Positions 38,417 through 53,527 of a stretch of 64,000 bases of DNA are shown here, one piece after another. Each line of letters opens with the position of its first letter. Position 1 is the stretch's first letter. The position numbers were made by a program, and so were the translations under genes. Origin of the DNA: Mizuhopecten yessoensis (lineage: Eukaryota); the NCBI RefSeq assembly GCF_002113885.1, contig NW_018408629.1, forward strand, positions 1,174,094 to 1,238,093, in the 5' to 3' direction. Below the pieces are notes generated by a model. It searched no databases and was not told where the DNA came from. It worked only from the letters and a program-made list of their open reading frames with translations.

Positions 38417-41400
38417 TTAGTAGTAACAAACCAAATGAGTCCGTCCACAATTGACATTTGCGCTTTTGTTTGAAACATATTTCATGAACACGTTCAGTCG
38501 TGAAACCATAATAATGATTTAAAATGCATTAATGTTAGTGGAACGCTTACACTATTGCTATAGTATGGTATTGTTTGCCTCTGTATCGAGTAACCAATGA
38601 CAAACATTCTCTCACTGTGGCGGATCCTAGGAACAGGGATGCGTTCCAGCCTCTTTTCTTTCTCCCCTTTGAAATAATGTATCGATATTCACTCTGATAA
38701 AGTTTACTTTGGACATCCGAAATAAATGTGGGACCTCTTTCGGAAAAGCTGGGTCACCGCTTCTGACGTCAGATTGTTCCCATTTCAATCAAGGGAAATG
38801 GTTATTAACATATCATAAAAGAGTGTCGTTATGTCAAAATTAATAATTTTGCACTACCTTAGATGTGTAGTGTTTAGATGTGGGGAAATATAAAATGTTT
38901 ACTGTGTTATGGCATTTTTACATAACAGGTGATACCTAAAATTGTTGATATATCAATGTAAACAAATATGGGGATAACTAAGATTGTTGATATAAAAGCA
39001 ATTATGCAGATGATTTAGAATATTGATATATGTTGATATAAAAAAGGGGAAACGCAATTATGCAGATGATTTAGAATATTGATATATGTTGATATAAAAT
39101 AAGGGGAAAACTTCTTCATTAGTGCTATGAATACAACGAAAACTATATGATTCGAACTGTTGTCTGATATATCATTTTTAAAATTGAAAAAAGGGCAAAT
39201 GTTATATTGGTGCAATCAATTTTAAAAACATTAGAAAACTCTTGCTGTGAACTGAAGGCAGTTTTGGAGCATGTGTTCCACATAGTGAGAAAAGTTTAGG
39301 TTTATGGTATACATCGAAGTGGAAATATATAAGATATTTCAGGTTGTTGCTCATACAAATCTGTACAACTGCGATAAAAGATTGGTTTTGGAATTTGTAT
39401 ACAGATAAATTCCGCCGAGTGATAAAATGAGAGTTCGCCAGTCAGTCAAGTCTTTTACAAAGCCAACATCTTGTTATATGGAATGTATTTTCCACGCTTA
39501 CAGGAAGGGCAACCAACTCTGTGTTTTGATTGACTGGACGTGCGTTATATATACAGGTAATTAAAGGAGGACGCTGACTGTGGTAATCACCGATTGATAA
39601 TGCTAACATGAGGGCGTTAACCCAGTGAATCCACGATAGAGCACCATAACTGATAACGGTGCTGACGAGAGACCGATTTTGGAAAGCTCATGCACTGGGA
39701 TTGATACTAATGTTAACTAAGGAAAACGTGTCATTTCACCAAATATTAAGGGTCTTTCGCCCGAAGGTAATTGATTTAAGATTAATCAGAATGTTGATAT
39801 ACAGTCTTCCGTCGTGCTATCTGTGTAGGCTTATTTTTTTCTGCATCGATGTTTGGCATGTAGCTTTTTATTAATACATCTTCGCCCCGATTAAGTGGGT
39901 GTTTGTTGACATGGCGAATTTCTCATGCCAGCTGGGTGCCATTGCTCCCTCGCGAACATGTTTTTGTGTAATTGGCACCTGAGCGGTTACCACCGCGTAT
40001 TTGTTTGGTTAATTAAATATCCTTTTCCCTATTTCTTGTAAACATGTATTTAATTAATAAAACAAAACAAAAACAATCTCATTAAATAATGGAATAACAT
40101 TTTTTTTTCTGTATATAATTATCGATTTCGTTAATTTAGCTAGCTAAAAGTCTGATTAGGTTGTAATTCCATTTACTATGAATTTAAAATTTGAAGCTCT
40201 CTATATTTCAATGAAATATGTAAGTATATTTTATGCTAATTCAAAAAACATGCTGTATTGATAACAGCGGTTTAGCAGCTTACTTCGGTATGATTTATAT
40301 TGTAAGACCGACTAAACTATGGTTTATATTGAAATGCCATTGTATTCACTTGTGCCTAGACCGAGCTATCTCGACAATTGTGCCTTCAGTTTTGTATACA
40401 TATATTTAATATTTTACTACACCTTTAGACGGTTTAAAAAATATATATATATATACTTCAAATCACTGATTTTCTTTTGCGGATATTTATTTGTTGCAAC
40501 TGTTTTCTCATTGAATTATTTCCGAGGGAGTTAATTCACAAAAAAGAACACAATTTGTTATCATTTCTTTGTTTTATGATGACTTTAACAAATATAAGCA
40601 AGTCATTTAAATCCATAATTGTCTCACTTCGCGAACTAATGCAAAAATAATTATTTGGTGATATGTTAGGTGATTTGCTGTTGTTTATATACAGAGAGAT
40701 AGGTGTCTACTTTATATGCAGTTTGCGGCTGTACAATGCAGTATTTTTAGAATATATTCTTGGCCCATATGTACAAAGTCTTGTTAGCTTAACGTGACGT
40801 TAACGCAAATGTTCAAAATGTGATTTTTGAGAAAATATCTTAAAATTTACATTTTTTTTTTGTGTTTGTTTTGAATTGTTCACTTTTTGAAAAAAAGTAC
40901 AAGTTCAACTTGTTTCACTTACCACTCGTTAAGCTGATCAGGCTTCGAGTAATTCGGCCCTGGTTGTTGTTGTTACACTCTGCATAATCTTGTAGTATAT
41001 ATGTATATTTTACAGAAGAAAACATGCATGTGTTCTGTCATAAACCGTTGCGTATACACTGGTGTTATTAAGGGCAACATGCACATGATACAAATCATAA
41101 ACATCACGTCAGAACACATATTGGTTTTGATATTTGACGCTGTATTTAATGGTTTTGAAATGCATGTTAATTATATACTTATACACTATGCAAGTTTGTG
41201 TCTTAAAATAAATGCAAAGGTTTTTTGTTGAAATGTTCTTTTCCTGCTGTGGTAATTGTTATATCAGACTCGGAGAGTTGATGGTAGCTTTATCGTCTGA
41301 TATTAAACACACTCCGAGCGTGCCACCTAGCGGGAGTGTTATGCGCGCCAAAAGGTCAAAGGTGACACACAAATCGAACAACGTTTACAAAGAATGCATT

Positions 41401-42107
41401 CGCAGGTCTGGATGTCAGAAACCAATTGCTTGGTCCAAAGGGCCTATAATTTACGTGAAGGAATGTAATCGATGCACACGGGGTATCAGAAGAGCACAAA
41501 ACACACGCTGTGTCATATTTGTTTAGATATGATATTCTTCTTCTGGCTAGGTAAAACACAGCATCTTTAGACACCTAAATGATCAATGTTACGTAAAGGT
41601 CGTTAGACTGGAACACATCATGTATACTCTGTTATAGATCACGCTCAGGGCCGGCCGTTTGTGTACAGATATATAGAGTTTTATCTGTTTGAGTTATAGC
41701 TCATGTAAATCAGTTTCTGATAAAACAGAGGGAATTAAACCAACATGTAATCAAAGATATGAAAACATTTATTGGACCCACTGTATAACAACAATAAATT
41801 AATGGTCATTAATGTATGGAGGTGCTCCTTCGAATTTCAAGATGTATGCTCCCGATATACCTCTGCACATTTTTTGCTCCTGAAATACATATGCACACTT
41901 GGATTTTCTCCTGACAGAATTGAAGGTTCGCAGACATTGATGAATATTTACATTTGCTCTGCATATTTCCACTGCAATGCACTTAGAAGGCACATGTTGT
42001 AGTGAGACTATACAAACATTTGCTATTGTGACGTCATCAATTTCAGTGTTGTCAAGACTTAATTTGCTGTTCAAAGCATAACTACTCTACCTAATTGTAG
42101 ATATTAA

Positions 42108-42243
42108 TAATGACTATTTCAGCAAATATTGTTATGGTCCTATAACACACATTTCTATTGCTGACAAAATTACTTTATTAAGTTTGTCATCAATAACAAT
42201 GTGTGTTACAGGACCATAACAACATTTGCTAAAACATTCATTG
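42108..42243. repeat. ~135-bp fold-back palindrome
   Basis: agcaaatattgttatggtcctataacacacatt...aatgtgtgttacaggaccataacaacatttgct. Confidence 0.85.
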
Positions 42244-42587
42244 CGTAATTATCAAAGAGCTACTCAGATCTACTGAGATAAAAGCCGGTCAATTGTACCG
42301 TTACGCTTCCGTGCGAACCGAAGGTCGAATTACTCGAGATTACTGCTTCGCATGATGTCGGAATGGTTGCAAGATAAGTCGTCTCTTATTATCCACAAAG
42401 GTGGCACGGATTTTGACTTATGTTCTGTTATGAAAAATAAAACTGCTCAGAGTAAAAATGTGAGATGGTGAGCGGATCTCTTGAAATTCGGAGATGACTG
42501 AATAGAAGTGCAAATGGTTTTATCTATTCTCATAACGTGTTTATCCCGAAAGAAACCAACAGGAAATCGTCAGCTATGTATTATAGA

Positions 42588-42696
42588 CATGTTTTGCCTT
42601 CGTTTTAGGGAAACAGTGTTTTTTGCCATCGTTACATATGATTAATCGAGGTGAAACAAAGGACCATGTTTCCCTACAACGAGGGCAATACATGTT
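42588..42696. repeat. ~110-bp imperfect fold-back palindrome
   Basis: acatgttttgccttcgttttagggaaaca ... tgtttccctacaacgagggcaatacatgt. Confidence 0.75.
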
Positions 42697-45116
42697 TTGC
42701 AATGACGCGTCATTATTGTCGTCTGCTTGAGAAATTAGGAACCTCGTTGTGGTTCTTCTGGCCCATCTTTCAGACGTGGCGAATGAAGAAAATTGGACAG
42801 GTAAATTCGAGCACGTGATGTTTTATGTTTAATATAAGCCAATCAGACACGAAGTTATACAAATATGTAGTCTATTGGTTTTTGACGTATCTATTGGCAG
42901 CCAACGGTTCAAGGTCTTAATGTTTACAAGATCTGTAGAATATAGGTTGTCTAAGTGCTGCAAGTTCATTGGGAATGACATTGTTGTGTCATTTGCATAC
43001 TGTGATGGAATGTAAATTTAACCTATTACAATGTGCTGTACACATACTCAGAAAAAAAGTCTACACCTATGTGGCTTATATATGTGTTTTCATCTGTCAA
43101 GACACACAGTTGATATTTTCAAACATTTAAGTGATGCATCACTCCCCGTCAATACATACCAGCTTATTTTCTAAATCAATTGAAAAAAAATAAGGCTACA
43201 ACAAATCTTGTATACTCTGTGTAGTAGGTTTGAAATATAATATTAACATTATTTGCCCAACCACGACAGTCAGACACTGTTTCCCGTGCAGTTTTTCCAG
43301 TACGCTCCGACCTTGAATCGTGGCTTGATAATAAATCTGTCAAAAGGCAAACTTCCCTCCCGACTGTTTACTCACATCCTTGTATCGTGCATCTGTCTGA
43401 ATATCTCGGAGAAATAACCATCGGGTGAAGAGGTCCATGTGAAGTTTGTTTCTTTATGCATCATGCGATCTGTTAGCTTAACTGGTTTATCACAAAACAA
43501 CCGTATTATGCATTAAATACACCTATAACATATTTATTAATGCCGCATGTTTTGACATACGTTGTGACGTCAGTATTACGACAACACATATTATGTCATT
43601 ACAATGTGACATGGCACTGAAGACTGTAGAAATGAAATCAAAATGGCGGCATTGAAAACGATAGTATTAGAAGCCGTTTTATTACGAAAATTGTCTTTTA
43701 TTTCTAATTGTTATATATGTGATAAAGATGATTTTGACATTTTTTTAAAGCTCGGCAGAGTCTATATCAAATGAAAATTGTTAACTCATTTCATATTTTA
43801 AATTTACTTAAAATTAACATATGAAAAAGAAAATCATTACTTGAGGTATAGCACAAACGTCAAGTAGTACCAATAAGGTCATGTGCTGTTGACATAAAAG
43901 CAAAGATGAAAGATAGTTTTAAAAAGTTCACTATGTGTTAAACAATCCAGTACAATTACAAATCTTTTAGTTTTATCTAGTAATTATAAAGTTAACTTAG
44001 AATATGCCGTTTTTGTATATTTATAAAAACATACATGGCAAACAAGTGTACTTTGATAACAGCGTTACTGGGCGTTTCAAAGCTTACATTCCAGGAAGTT
44101 TTTCCCAAAATGAATATTGTTGTCTGTTATAAGTAGCGGTTATGTTTTGGATTACTTAAAATACAAAATATGTATCTTTTCTCGCAAATTGATGTCGATT
44201 CGGTTACGCAATTCGGTTCTTCGTTGTTTTTTGATTTTAGGATTGAAATGCGTTTTTAATATTTCTGGTGATTTGCAACACAGTTTCGTTAAAACATTTT
44301 CAATTTTTAGCGATAGTGCATCTTTGTGAAATGTATTTCAATCGTCTTAGTTACGTCAATAAAAAAAAGCACAAAGAAAAAGTGTATTAAATCTTTCTCA
44401 GTGGTTTTCTTAGGTTCATTGAAAACGATTCGATGTATTTATAACAGCTACTGTTCTACTACTGTTTAAAATAGATTTTTTTGTTTGTTTGATATGATGG
44501 TCGACGTTTGTAATTATGCTAATTAATGTGCCTTATTTTATTTTAAATGACGTAAATTGAGCATGACGTTCCAGCAGGTCACATTATCATTCTGACAAAG
44601 GGACTAACCGGAAGAACCAAGAGAAACTCTACTAAAAAGAATGAGTAAGTAAGAAAGACAAGAAAACAGAGAGTTTAAGTGTTACTGGTATAGGAAGGTC
44701 GTTTATCATTTCTATAAATAACCAGTCGACAGAACAGTTCACGAGACCCAGCAGTGTTCTTTATCAGCTATAACTTGTGTATTTTAGCATATGTTTTAGT
44801 AATAATTAATCGATATTCAAGGAAACATATAGATCTCTTAATACGTTACAGCAGTCCATTATTTATAGGTACATTCGGACTCGCTGGCATGCAAATATTT
44901 TGCAACGATAGTTAACGTGGCGGTACGTCCTTCCCGAAAGTATCACAGTCAAACGGACAGCTAAGGATAGCTCCGCTAAGTAATGGTCAATGATCCCTCG
45001 GCCTTGGCAGATATGTTTTTAGCAATTGGTGATCTGACACATAACTGTTATCAATCCTTCGCTAACAGGATGTGTTTTACTCGTGAACGCACGCTGACCA
45101 GCTGTACGTTATAATA

Positions 45117-46058
45117 CAAGCGGATGTTGCTCCCGCAGCATCATTAATCATTCACACGCAATGCACGCGCACACGTCTCTACAGAATGGTAAGTATGTGT
45201 TAAGTGCAGACGTTTGTAAAAGCGGACTGGTACAGACAATGCAAACTTGTATAATTGATAATAATTGAATAAACGACTAACATAACTAAATCTGAAGTAA
45301 TCCTGTTCCAAGGGAGGCAGAACATTAGATATTTTTACAGTGGTTTTTCATATTACAGCAATCTCTCCTTCTATTTCCTTCTATTAACAGATTAGCTCAA
45401 TTGATTAGAGTGACAGTATAGCAGTACGAGGTTCGTGGTTCGAATCCTGGTCTCGCCACTTTGTGTGGCCACAGGTGTGAATATTTACACTCAGAACATT
45501 ACATTCTATTTATTTTATCTGTATTATTTCTTTCCATAAAAGTGATATAAATTATGGTGTTTTTTTCATAAATAGTTTATCAAAGCTATATTCATTCTTG
45601 TTGAAACAGTTTCCAATGCACATTTAGTTGTTGGTAGTGGTGTGGGGACCCTTAACTACAAGTCATAGCCGAGTGTAAATTATAACACAAACGGATGTTG
45701 GTCCCGCAGCGCCATTAATCATTAACACGCAATGTACGCGCACACGTCTCTACAGAATGGTCAGTATGTGTAAAGTGCAGACGTTTGTAAAAGCGGACTG
45801 GTACAGAAAATGCAAATTTGTATAATTGATAATAATTGAATAAACGACTAACATAACTAAATCTAAAGTAATCCTGTTCCAAGGGAAGCAGAACATTATA
45901 TATTTTTAATTATGGTGTTTTTTTCATAAATAATTTATCAAAGCTATATTCATTCTTGTTGAAACAGTTTCCAATGCACATTTAGGAACCACCACTACTA
46001 ACCTAAAACAAGGTTGGTAGTGGTGTGGGGACCCTAAACTACAAGTCATAGCCGAGTG
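45117..46058. repeat. Tandem duplication of a ~350-bp segment; copy 1 has an extra ~210-bp insert
   Basis: cggatgttg.tcccgcagc ... caagtcatagccgagtg at 45121-45677 and 45692-46058. Confidence 0.92.
45388..45459 (+). mobile_element. tRNA-derived (SINE-head-like) sequence
   Basis: A-box-like tagctcaattgattagag and B box ggttcgaatcc; the acceptor stem does not pair, so this is not a functional tRNA. Confidence 0.6.
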
Positions 46059-49000
46059 AAAATAACGAAATAGTATCGCAACATACGGACTACAGCATAG
46101 GTCCTTGGAATACTAACTTCATCTGATTGCTCACTTGATTTGGTTTTAATTTATTTTTTCATGTTAACTTTTTCTCTACTTATATAAGATATATTACGAG
46201 TCAATGACCGTATGGTAATATAATTAACCATATAAGATATAGATATGTTACGAAAACATCGTACACTAAAGCACATTTCCATTTGTATGAACAAACAGCA
46301 ATTTTAATTTTGTCTATTCCACCAATTCAAGGTTTTTCAGGCTATATCGTAAAACCTAAAACAAATAGACAACAAAAAAAGGTTATGACGTCATATGCCA
46401 CAATGTTGTGCGCGGTATTTGTATTTAGTTTTAACCTTATTTAGTTGATATATTTTGCCAATACTCGTCCCTGACAAGTCCTACACATGCGGTAATAGGG
46501 AAAGGGAAAGGGGTAAGGGAGTGATATGAAGTGTAAACTAGGAATGAAGAATATATTAATTTATATATGATCATCAGATGTTAATATAATATTGCTATAT
46601 TACAATAACGAAAAATGACGTTAACAATAACGCGATTCTGAATAATATAGTCATGTTATAAAGAATTGAATTTCTTATCAATGCTGTAAATGGACACTAG
46701 AAATATATACAAAAATTATATATTATAAATAACCACTAAACAACTATTGACAATTGTGTATACCATAAAACACCGCCATAAACATCTTGCCGTTCGTATA
46801 TAATATCAATCACACGTTTCAACTCAAATTCCATATCAAGGTAGCACAATCACTTTGTCAATTCATCATAATCATGGCCAGTTCGTGACATAATATAGTA
46901 TATATCAATACAATGGTAAAATCACTGAACAGAGTTATAAACCCAAATACATTTTAAGATACACTAGTCAAACAAATGCAACACAACATATCACACATTA
47001 AAAGGAAATCCAAAAGGGCTATGCATTAAGTTGAACTATTTTAAGATTTGATTACAAAATCTTGGACGGCTCGAAAACTCGAGAAAGTTCGAGATTCATC
47101 ATCAAAGAAAACTGATATGATAATTGATACGGCTAACTGATAATATGAATCTGTCTAAGTGCTGTTTATTTATTACATTCTAGCAAATAATGTGTTGAGT
47201 TTTCCCTGGCAACGCAAGAACAATTCGGGGAGGGTATGGTTTTTTTGTAAACAAGTGTTCAAGCTACATAACGTACACAGTCTTGTAGTAGATTGGACCA
47301 AGACATGAGCAGGAAAATATTGAATAGTGCTATTTTGCCATGCATTTATATTTTTATAAGCCGGTAAAAAGACTCACTTGATTAAATGTGAATGAGAGAC
47401 TGTCTTGTACAGATTCTTTTACTTTGACATTGATAGAACAAATACATTCTTGTCACATATTTTTATAACAGTGTTTGTGAAGAAGTATTATGAATATAGA
47501 TAATCACACTGTGTTTTCTCATCGTGAACTCTACCTTTTATATATTTTTTCATTCATGAAAAGTCAACTAAATACCATATCTTCTAATTTACCTCTAGGT
47601 TTAATAATCATCGATCCGCGAGATCCTCGATCCGTGACAAACGGGAACAAAGAAAACACGTGCGCGGGGTAATTACATCTGCCTTATAACTATGCAGAAA
47701 TATAGTTTAAACAATATTATCGTCACTGGCTTCTTCATGTACTTATTCAAGCTTAAAACGATGTTATCATTCCCACAATGGGTTTTTTAATAACTTGATT
47801 TTATAATGATTTGTTGATGACGGACTATTTTCTTACGCGGAGTAACTTTGTATGGACGTCGCGAGCATATTTTTTTTTTTTTTTTTTTTTTTTTGAGGAA
47901 ATACATTCCCAAATCGGAAAATCCATTCTCAAATTGTCCTCAAGTCGTTCTTAAGTCAGAAGGTCGGTATTTTTCTAGAGTATTATCATACTGACAACCA
48001 ATGATAATGAATTCCCCAAGTAATCGGTAGGTCTTACAGTGTAATATATAGATGATTATGGATCCCCGCGGCAATTCTGTTCTGTGACTTACCATTGCAA
48101 ATAGATACAGATCAAAACAGATCAACTATCCGCATTGCAACAGTCTGGGGTTCTATCTTTTCTTTCCATTTTTGCTACACTTTCATTTTGGCGGTTCCTT
48201 CATACATAGTCACTTCCGGTAAGTCCGCTGTCAGAAAAATAGGACCTGGTTTAGTGTCATGTGACCAATTGTTTTTTATGGAATTTCACTGAGATGACAT
48301 TTTTAACAAGAAATATCTTTATCGGCGTATAATTGATATGATATAACGTAAAATATGTTAACTGATAAATCCAATAGGATACACACATTAAATGATTTAG
48401 CCGTGAGAAACCGTTCCTATACTGATCGTTCAACGCAATTTCGATAGCGTCATGTGTAATGCACATTTTCTGTATACCGCCCATCAGAATTGATATTTTT
48501 TTTACTCTCGTGGCAGCTTCAGATCAAATAATCGTTATGTTAGATCTCTCATGCATTTATAAATATAAGATAACGATGGATATATCGCTTTTATGTAAAA
48601 GGAAAGGAGCAGATATAGAGGCCCCAAGCAAGTGCTTGTTGGTTATCATTTTTGTCCAACTCGATAATGGTTACGTCATTATCAAAACTTTGACTAATAC
48701 AATTACGTCAATGTTGTTACACACTAGTGAGTAACCAAACTGCTTACCAATTCCTAGCATTTTTTATCCAATAAGTCGGAAGTACGGAAACCTATAAAGT
48801 TTTTTTTTGTGAGAAACACAATATGTTTACTGAGGCCATCACTATCAGAGATGTATATGCCTAATGCTTCTACATAGTTCCTTCGAATATAAATCCTTAG
48901 TCTACTGTTCATCAAATTTAATCGACTTGGCATGCAATACGCACTTGTATGAGTCAAATGAGGCGATGGATTCCCGATTCCCGAAACGATCTTAAACGAC

Positions 49001-52000
49001 TCCGCATAGTCTGAACGTGATTGGGAGATTTGATGTGCACAGATGTCTAGAAGAAATGACCTATGGTGCAAAAGATCGTCGTAAGGCCCCTGTTGGTCCT
49101 GCTGTCCGTACCTAAAGTTGGCTGTGACCTGTTAGTTGGAGTTCAGCCAGGCTTCGTATACATGGAATATTAGTCTAATTCTAAATTAGATGACAGTCCT
49201 AGAATATAGGATTTACACGCCATAGACAATAGGTCTATATGATACAGATTTCTTATAGACGTAACGAATTTTGATAGACCAGCCCTTGACCATGAAAATG
49301 TTATTTATATATTTAGTTTTCAATAACATGAAATAAAGAAAATATGTTAAATAATAAAGGAAGACAAGTAGTTACACAGATATTTTCTTCACTGTACATC
49401 ATAGATACCAACCCGAAAGACAACTTGGTCTATGAAGTAAATGATTCGCATAGAACAACAGTGTTTTCGTGGCGATTGTCTTTTGGTCTACCGTTAAGTT
49501 CGAACACCGAGATGTTGTGCCAAGAGTTGGCTTTGATTATTTTGATCATAATTACAGCGTTCTTTGGCATATGTTCTATCAAGCAAATGAAATAAAAGGA
49601 GTGGAACGGAAAAAATGAGTAGATACACACGTCTGATGTTTGTGCATCAGATTCTTTGTTTTCTTTCATCTCGTTGAACAGTTTTGATTTCAAAATTGGG
49701 ACACAACTCTTTAATAGGTTTTAATATGATATGAGTGGACGCAGGCATTGCTGCCTCTATATCCACATCAATGTAATTTGAAATACAATTTGGTAAACAT
49801 AAAATAAGTTTATACATAGGACGCTGTATGATCGTACTTCAGCTCAAGATCTTTCCAGAATCGTCCAAGTTTTTCTCAAAGTCAAATACGTCTACGTGTA
49901 AGTGCTCTTAACAAGCCTAAGGTTTTAATTTAAATCCACCGTGTACCGTTCCCTATTCTACACCCATGGACATGAACAAGTGTTGCACGTAGACATTCAC
50001 CCTCTCTTTCTTTAGCTTAGAAAAATTTTAAAAGGAAAAAAAATCTGCTGTTCACGTAATCACGTTGCAATAACGTCGGTCAACAACGTTTCCATTTATA
50101 CCTTTTAGTATATAATTTTTGCCTCATTTTCTCTCATGACATACCTACCGTTTATTCATTACTCTACCGAACGACCCTGCGTTACATTATTGTACAAGCC
50201 GTGCGTTAGGACTTCAAGCAAGCCAGCAAACAAACAAACGAACAAATAAATAAATAATTTAAATAGCTACACAAGTAGTGTATGAGTTATATATGTGCGG
50301 GTTATTAGCACAGACATGTTTAGGTGTCGTCAAAAGAATTAAAAAGAAGTACGGAATTTCTTATGTATAGTCTTCGTCGTCATTGTGAATTTTCTCCCAA
50401 AGAGATTTGAGTTTCGGTATACGGTTTACTTACGTGTAAGCTGTTGAGCGTTTCATTTTAGTTACAGTTCGTGCTCCAATGATGACTGCTTTACCTTCCC
50501 TGAAAGTCTCTGCGTACTTGAAATGGGTAATTCTTTAAAGATCCATCAAAGTGTTAAAAAGGCCCTTCAACTAAATAAAGGGTAACTAATTGAGCTAGTT
50601 TGATTGATACATCAAAATAATCTGACAACAAGATATTGCTATATTTTCCAGAGCATTTCCAGATTAACATTGCCTTGAGAGAATGCATGTATCAATATGA
50701 TACAAGGGAGTTAACTCCCATGAAACCTACGTACACGGCATATTTTGTTCAATGGCATGGGTAATACAGGAAGGTATTTATCAGCCTCAGACTTCCATTA
50801 TACAGCCATTAACAAAACCGTAATACTCAATTATGATACTTTATCATATTTTAAAAGAAATTGTAACACTGGTCAGTATATGTGACTGAAATGATTTATG
50901 AGATCAAGTCCTGCAGTCAGTTTGTTATAACAATGTACGTGTTAAGCCAGAAGTGTTTACATGATGAACCGGAAGTCATCTTCTTAAATTAAAAAGTGTT
51001 TACTGGAAATAAATATATAAACTAGGAGATTTTAATGTATAACACTTTTAATATGTATACAATTTAAATGTGTATATATGAAACAAATGGAGGAGTAGAC
51101 TGTGCAATGTACTTGGATACAGTAGCTGACTGCAGCCGAATTAAGTAAACAGTATACTAAATCAACATATGTGCGTGTATTATGGTGGTTACATAAAGAG
51201 GGTGAGAAAATATTAAAAGAAAAAAAAAAAAAACGAAGGACGTTTGTGGTCCGAGTCAATGATTTTTCCAACACTTTCGAACCCCGAGTTATATGTACAA
51301 ACATATGTTGAATGTATCTGTTCTACCACATAAGATGTAACCGTAAAGTCCTTTTGGTGTCTACCTCAGTGTCCATAGGTCTTTGATAAGCAAGATGTCT
51401 TAATGATATAATCTTTTAAATGAGGCGGTTTTTTTTTCAATCTATCGACATCGCTCGTCAACACATGAAATCAGCATTTGACGTATTTACAAATACTCTT
51501 AGAGCACATGTTTCACGCTGTATCGAGCTCCGTCCCATAGCCTTACGTGGATCACTTGGTACGAATCCTCTCGGGATTATTCCTAACATGTATCAAATAA
51601 ATTCTACAAGTGGTATTTGATCATGGACGATGAACAGCCCGCCATGTCAGCCATCTTGGATTTCGAACGTCGAACCGATCCAAATATAACATCATACAAT
51701 TTCAACTCATGGTAATTCATTGTGAAATTCCTGTGGTTGAATTTGAAATGTTAATTGTGATAAAAACCTATGGGCTATTGATCCAAGCTATTCCTAGCAA
51801 GGTTTGACTAAATCAGACAGACATAATTTGAGAAGAAGATAGAAATATTTTTTAACTATTGACAATTTCATACAATGCTACGCCATCTTGATCGTTAAAT
51901 GGCATTGATCTCTCCCCAATAGATTTTGATGACATCATAAAATACATTACTCTCTTCATTGCTTCGCATTAGCGTATGAGGCGACTTGGGTCGCCCCTTA

Positions 52001-53124
52001 GCATTGCCGTTTTCTGCTGTGCCTTCTATTTGAGGAAGTGTATTTCCAAACGGAAGCGAAGGGGAGATAATTGTATACAGTAAAATGCATAGTGCAGTTG
52101 GACAGGGATCCTTATATGTTGAAATGGGTGCAACAGATTTTTTTTTCATAAAAAGTCACCTCAGCAGAGGACATGGAGTAAAACCTCCGATTCTGCCAGG
52201 GGGTTGTGGGCTGCCTGGATATACCTCGCCTACGATGTAACACAATTACTACGTTGAGTACAAAAGGTTTACTTTCTACTTTTAAATTACTGATGTTGAT
52301 AGCGGACAGGTGAAGCTTGAAAGCTTTTTGAGTTATTTGTGTACTTAAAACCCATTACAACTTGTTTTCTTTGAAAATGATTTGTCGTTTTCATTATACA
52401 TGTATGAGAGGCTTATCAAGTTTTAACTTTCTAAGTATTTTTTTCTGTTGTTATTGCTTCATGAATTTATTTATTTATTGATTGATTTAAGTGTTTTTAT
52501 TTTCACTTCAATTGCTTAACATGTGAATAGCTGTTAACAATCTTTCAGCGGTGAATTCAGTAACCCGTGTATTACCTTACTACTGTTAAAACTCTGCTGT
52601 ATAAATACAGTTTAAAGTTAAATGGAGTAGTGTTACACTTTGTTGAAAAGTGTGCATATGATATGATTGTGTGATTGATCAACCGCCGACTGCTCCAAAT
52701 TCTTCAAATTTGAATAATAACTTCATGTACATTTGAAGTTCCCGTTTTCCTTACAACAGCACTATGTAGCGAGAAAGATCGACAGTCCCTGGCTCAGGAT
52801 TAACCGGTTTTGTGCTTCATTACTCAACGACCTATTTCATTTTTTTTCTCCTTGCATAAACATGGCTGACAGGTAAACATGGCATGCATAAATTGTTACA
52901 CAGCATATACACACAACAGGAAATATATTTCCAAGAAAAAGAAAAAAAGAAAAAGAAATTGACGCTATCCATTTTGCGGAGGTAATGCTCATTCATATAT
53001 ACACTTTATTTATTTTACATCAATTATTAAACAAGTTATTTCAACTGATCTTAATCACTCCTGTTGGCCCAGATGTTAGAGGGTATGGTGGTGTTTAAAC
53101 CTCCTTGTAATAGCGCGGATCTGA

Positions 53125-53200
53125 TGTCGACTTTATAGTGCTACCTCACTGAAATACCATGCCAAAGGCGCCCATCACAGCATTCCACCCGGTCACATTC
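53125..53200 (-). mobile_element. SINE fragment resembling the Meta central domain
   Basis: The - strand reads aatgtgaccgggtggaatg...ggcatggtatttcagtgaggtagcactataaag; recognised from memory. Confidence 0.55.
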
Positions 53201-53307
53201 GACAAAATTGAGGTGTTGCCAAGCAAGGCACTAGGAAATAAAAGGCAGCTAGAAGAAGAAAGAAATACAAAGATCCAACATATTGTTGTGGAGCCAGCAG
53301 ATTAATT

Positions 53308-53527
53308 TTAGTCGCTTTTATGTCCCCAAGTATAGGACACAAAAGCAATTCCCAAATTCTACCGGGGGTTCCCGCATTAGTTGCCTCTTAAAATACATGC
53401 GGTAGTTAACAGAATGTGTTGTCTTTTCTCAATTACCCCACCTGTAGGGGTCGTCCGATCAGGGAATCGAACCCTGGCCGCCTTGGTGAAAGGTAAGTGT
53501 GCTATCCACTGCGCCACCAGACTACCC
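53308..53527 (-). mobile_element. tRNA-derived SINE
   Basis: The - strand reads gggtagtctggtggcgcagtgg (A box)...cctttcaccaaggcggccagggttcgattccc (B box), followed by the body. Confidence 0.75.

Noticed and set aside
45388-45459. Functional tRNA gene (also the tRNA-like stretches at ~30795-30840 and 53455-53527)
   Set aside because: A and B boxes are present, but the acceptor and anticodon stems do not pair; these are SINE-type heads.
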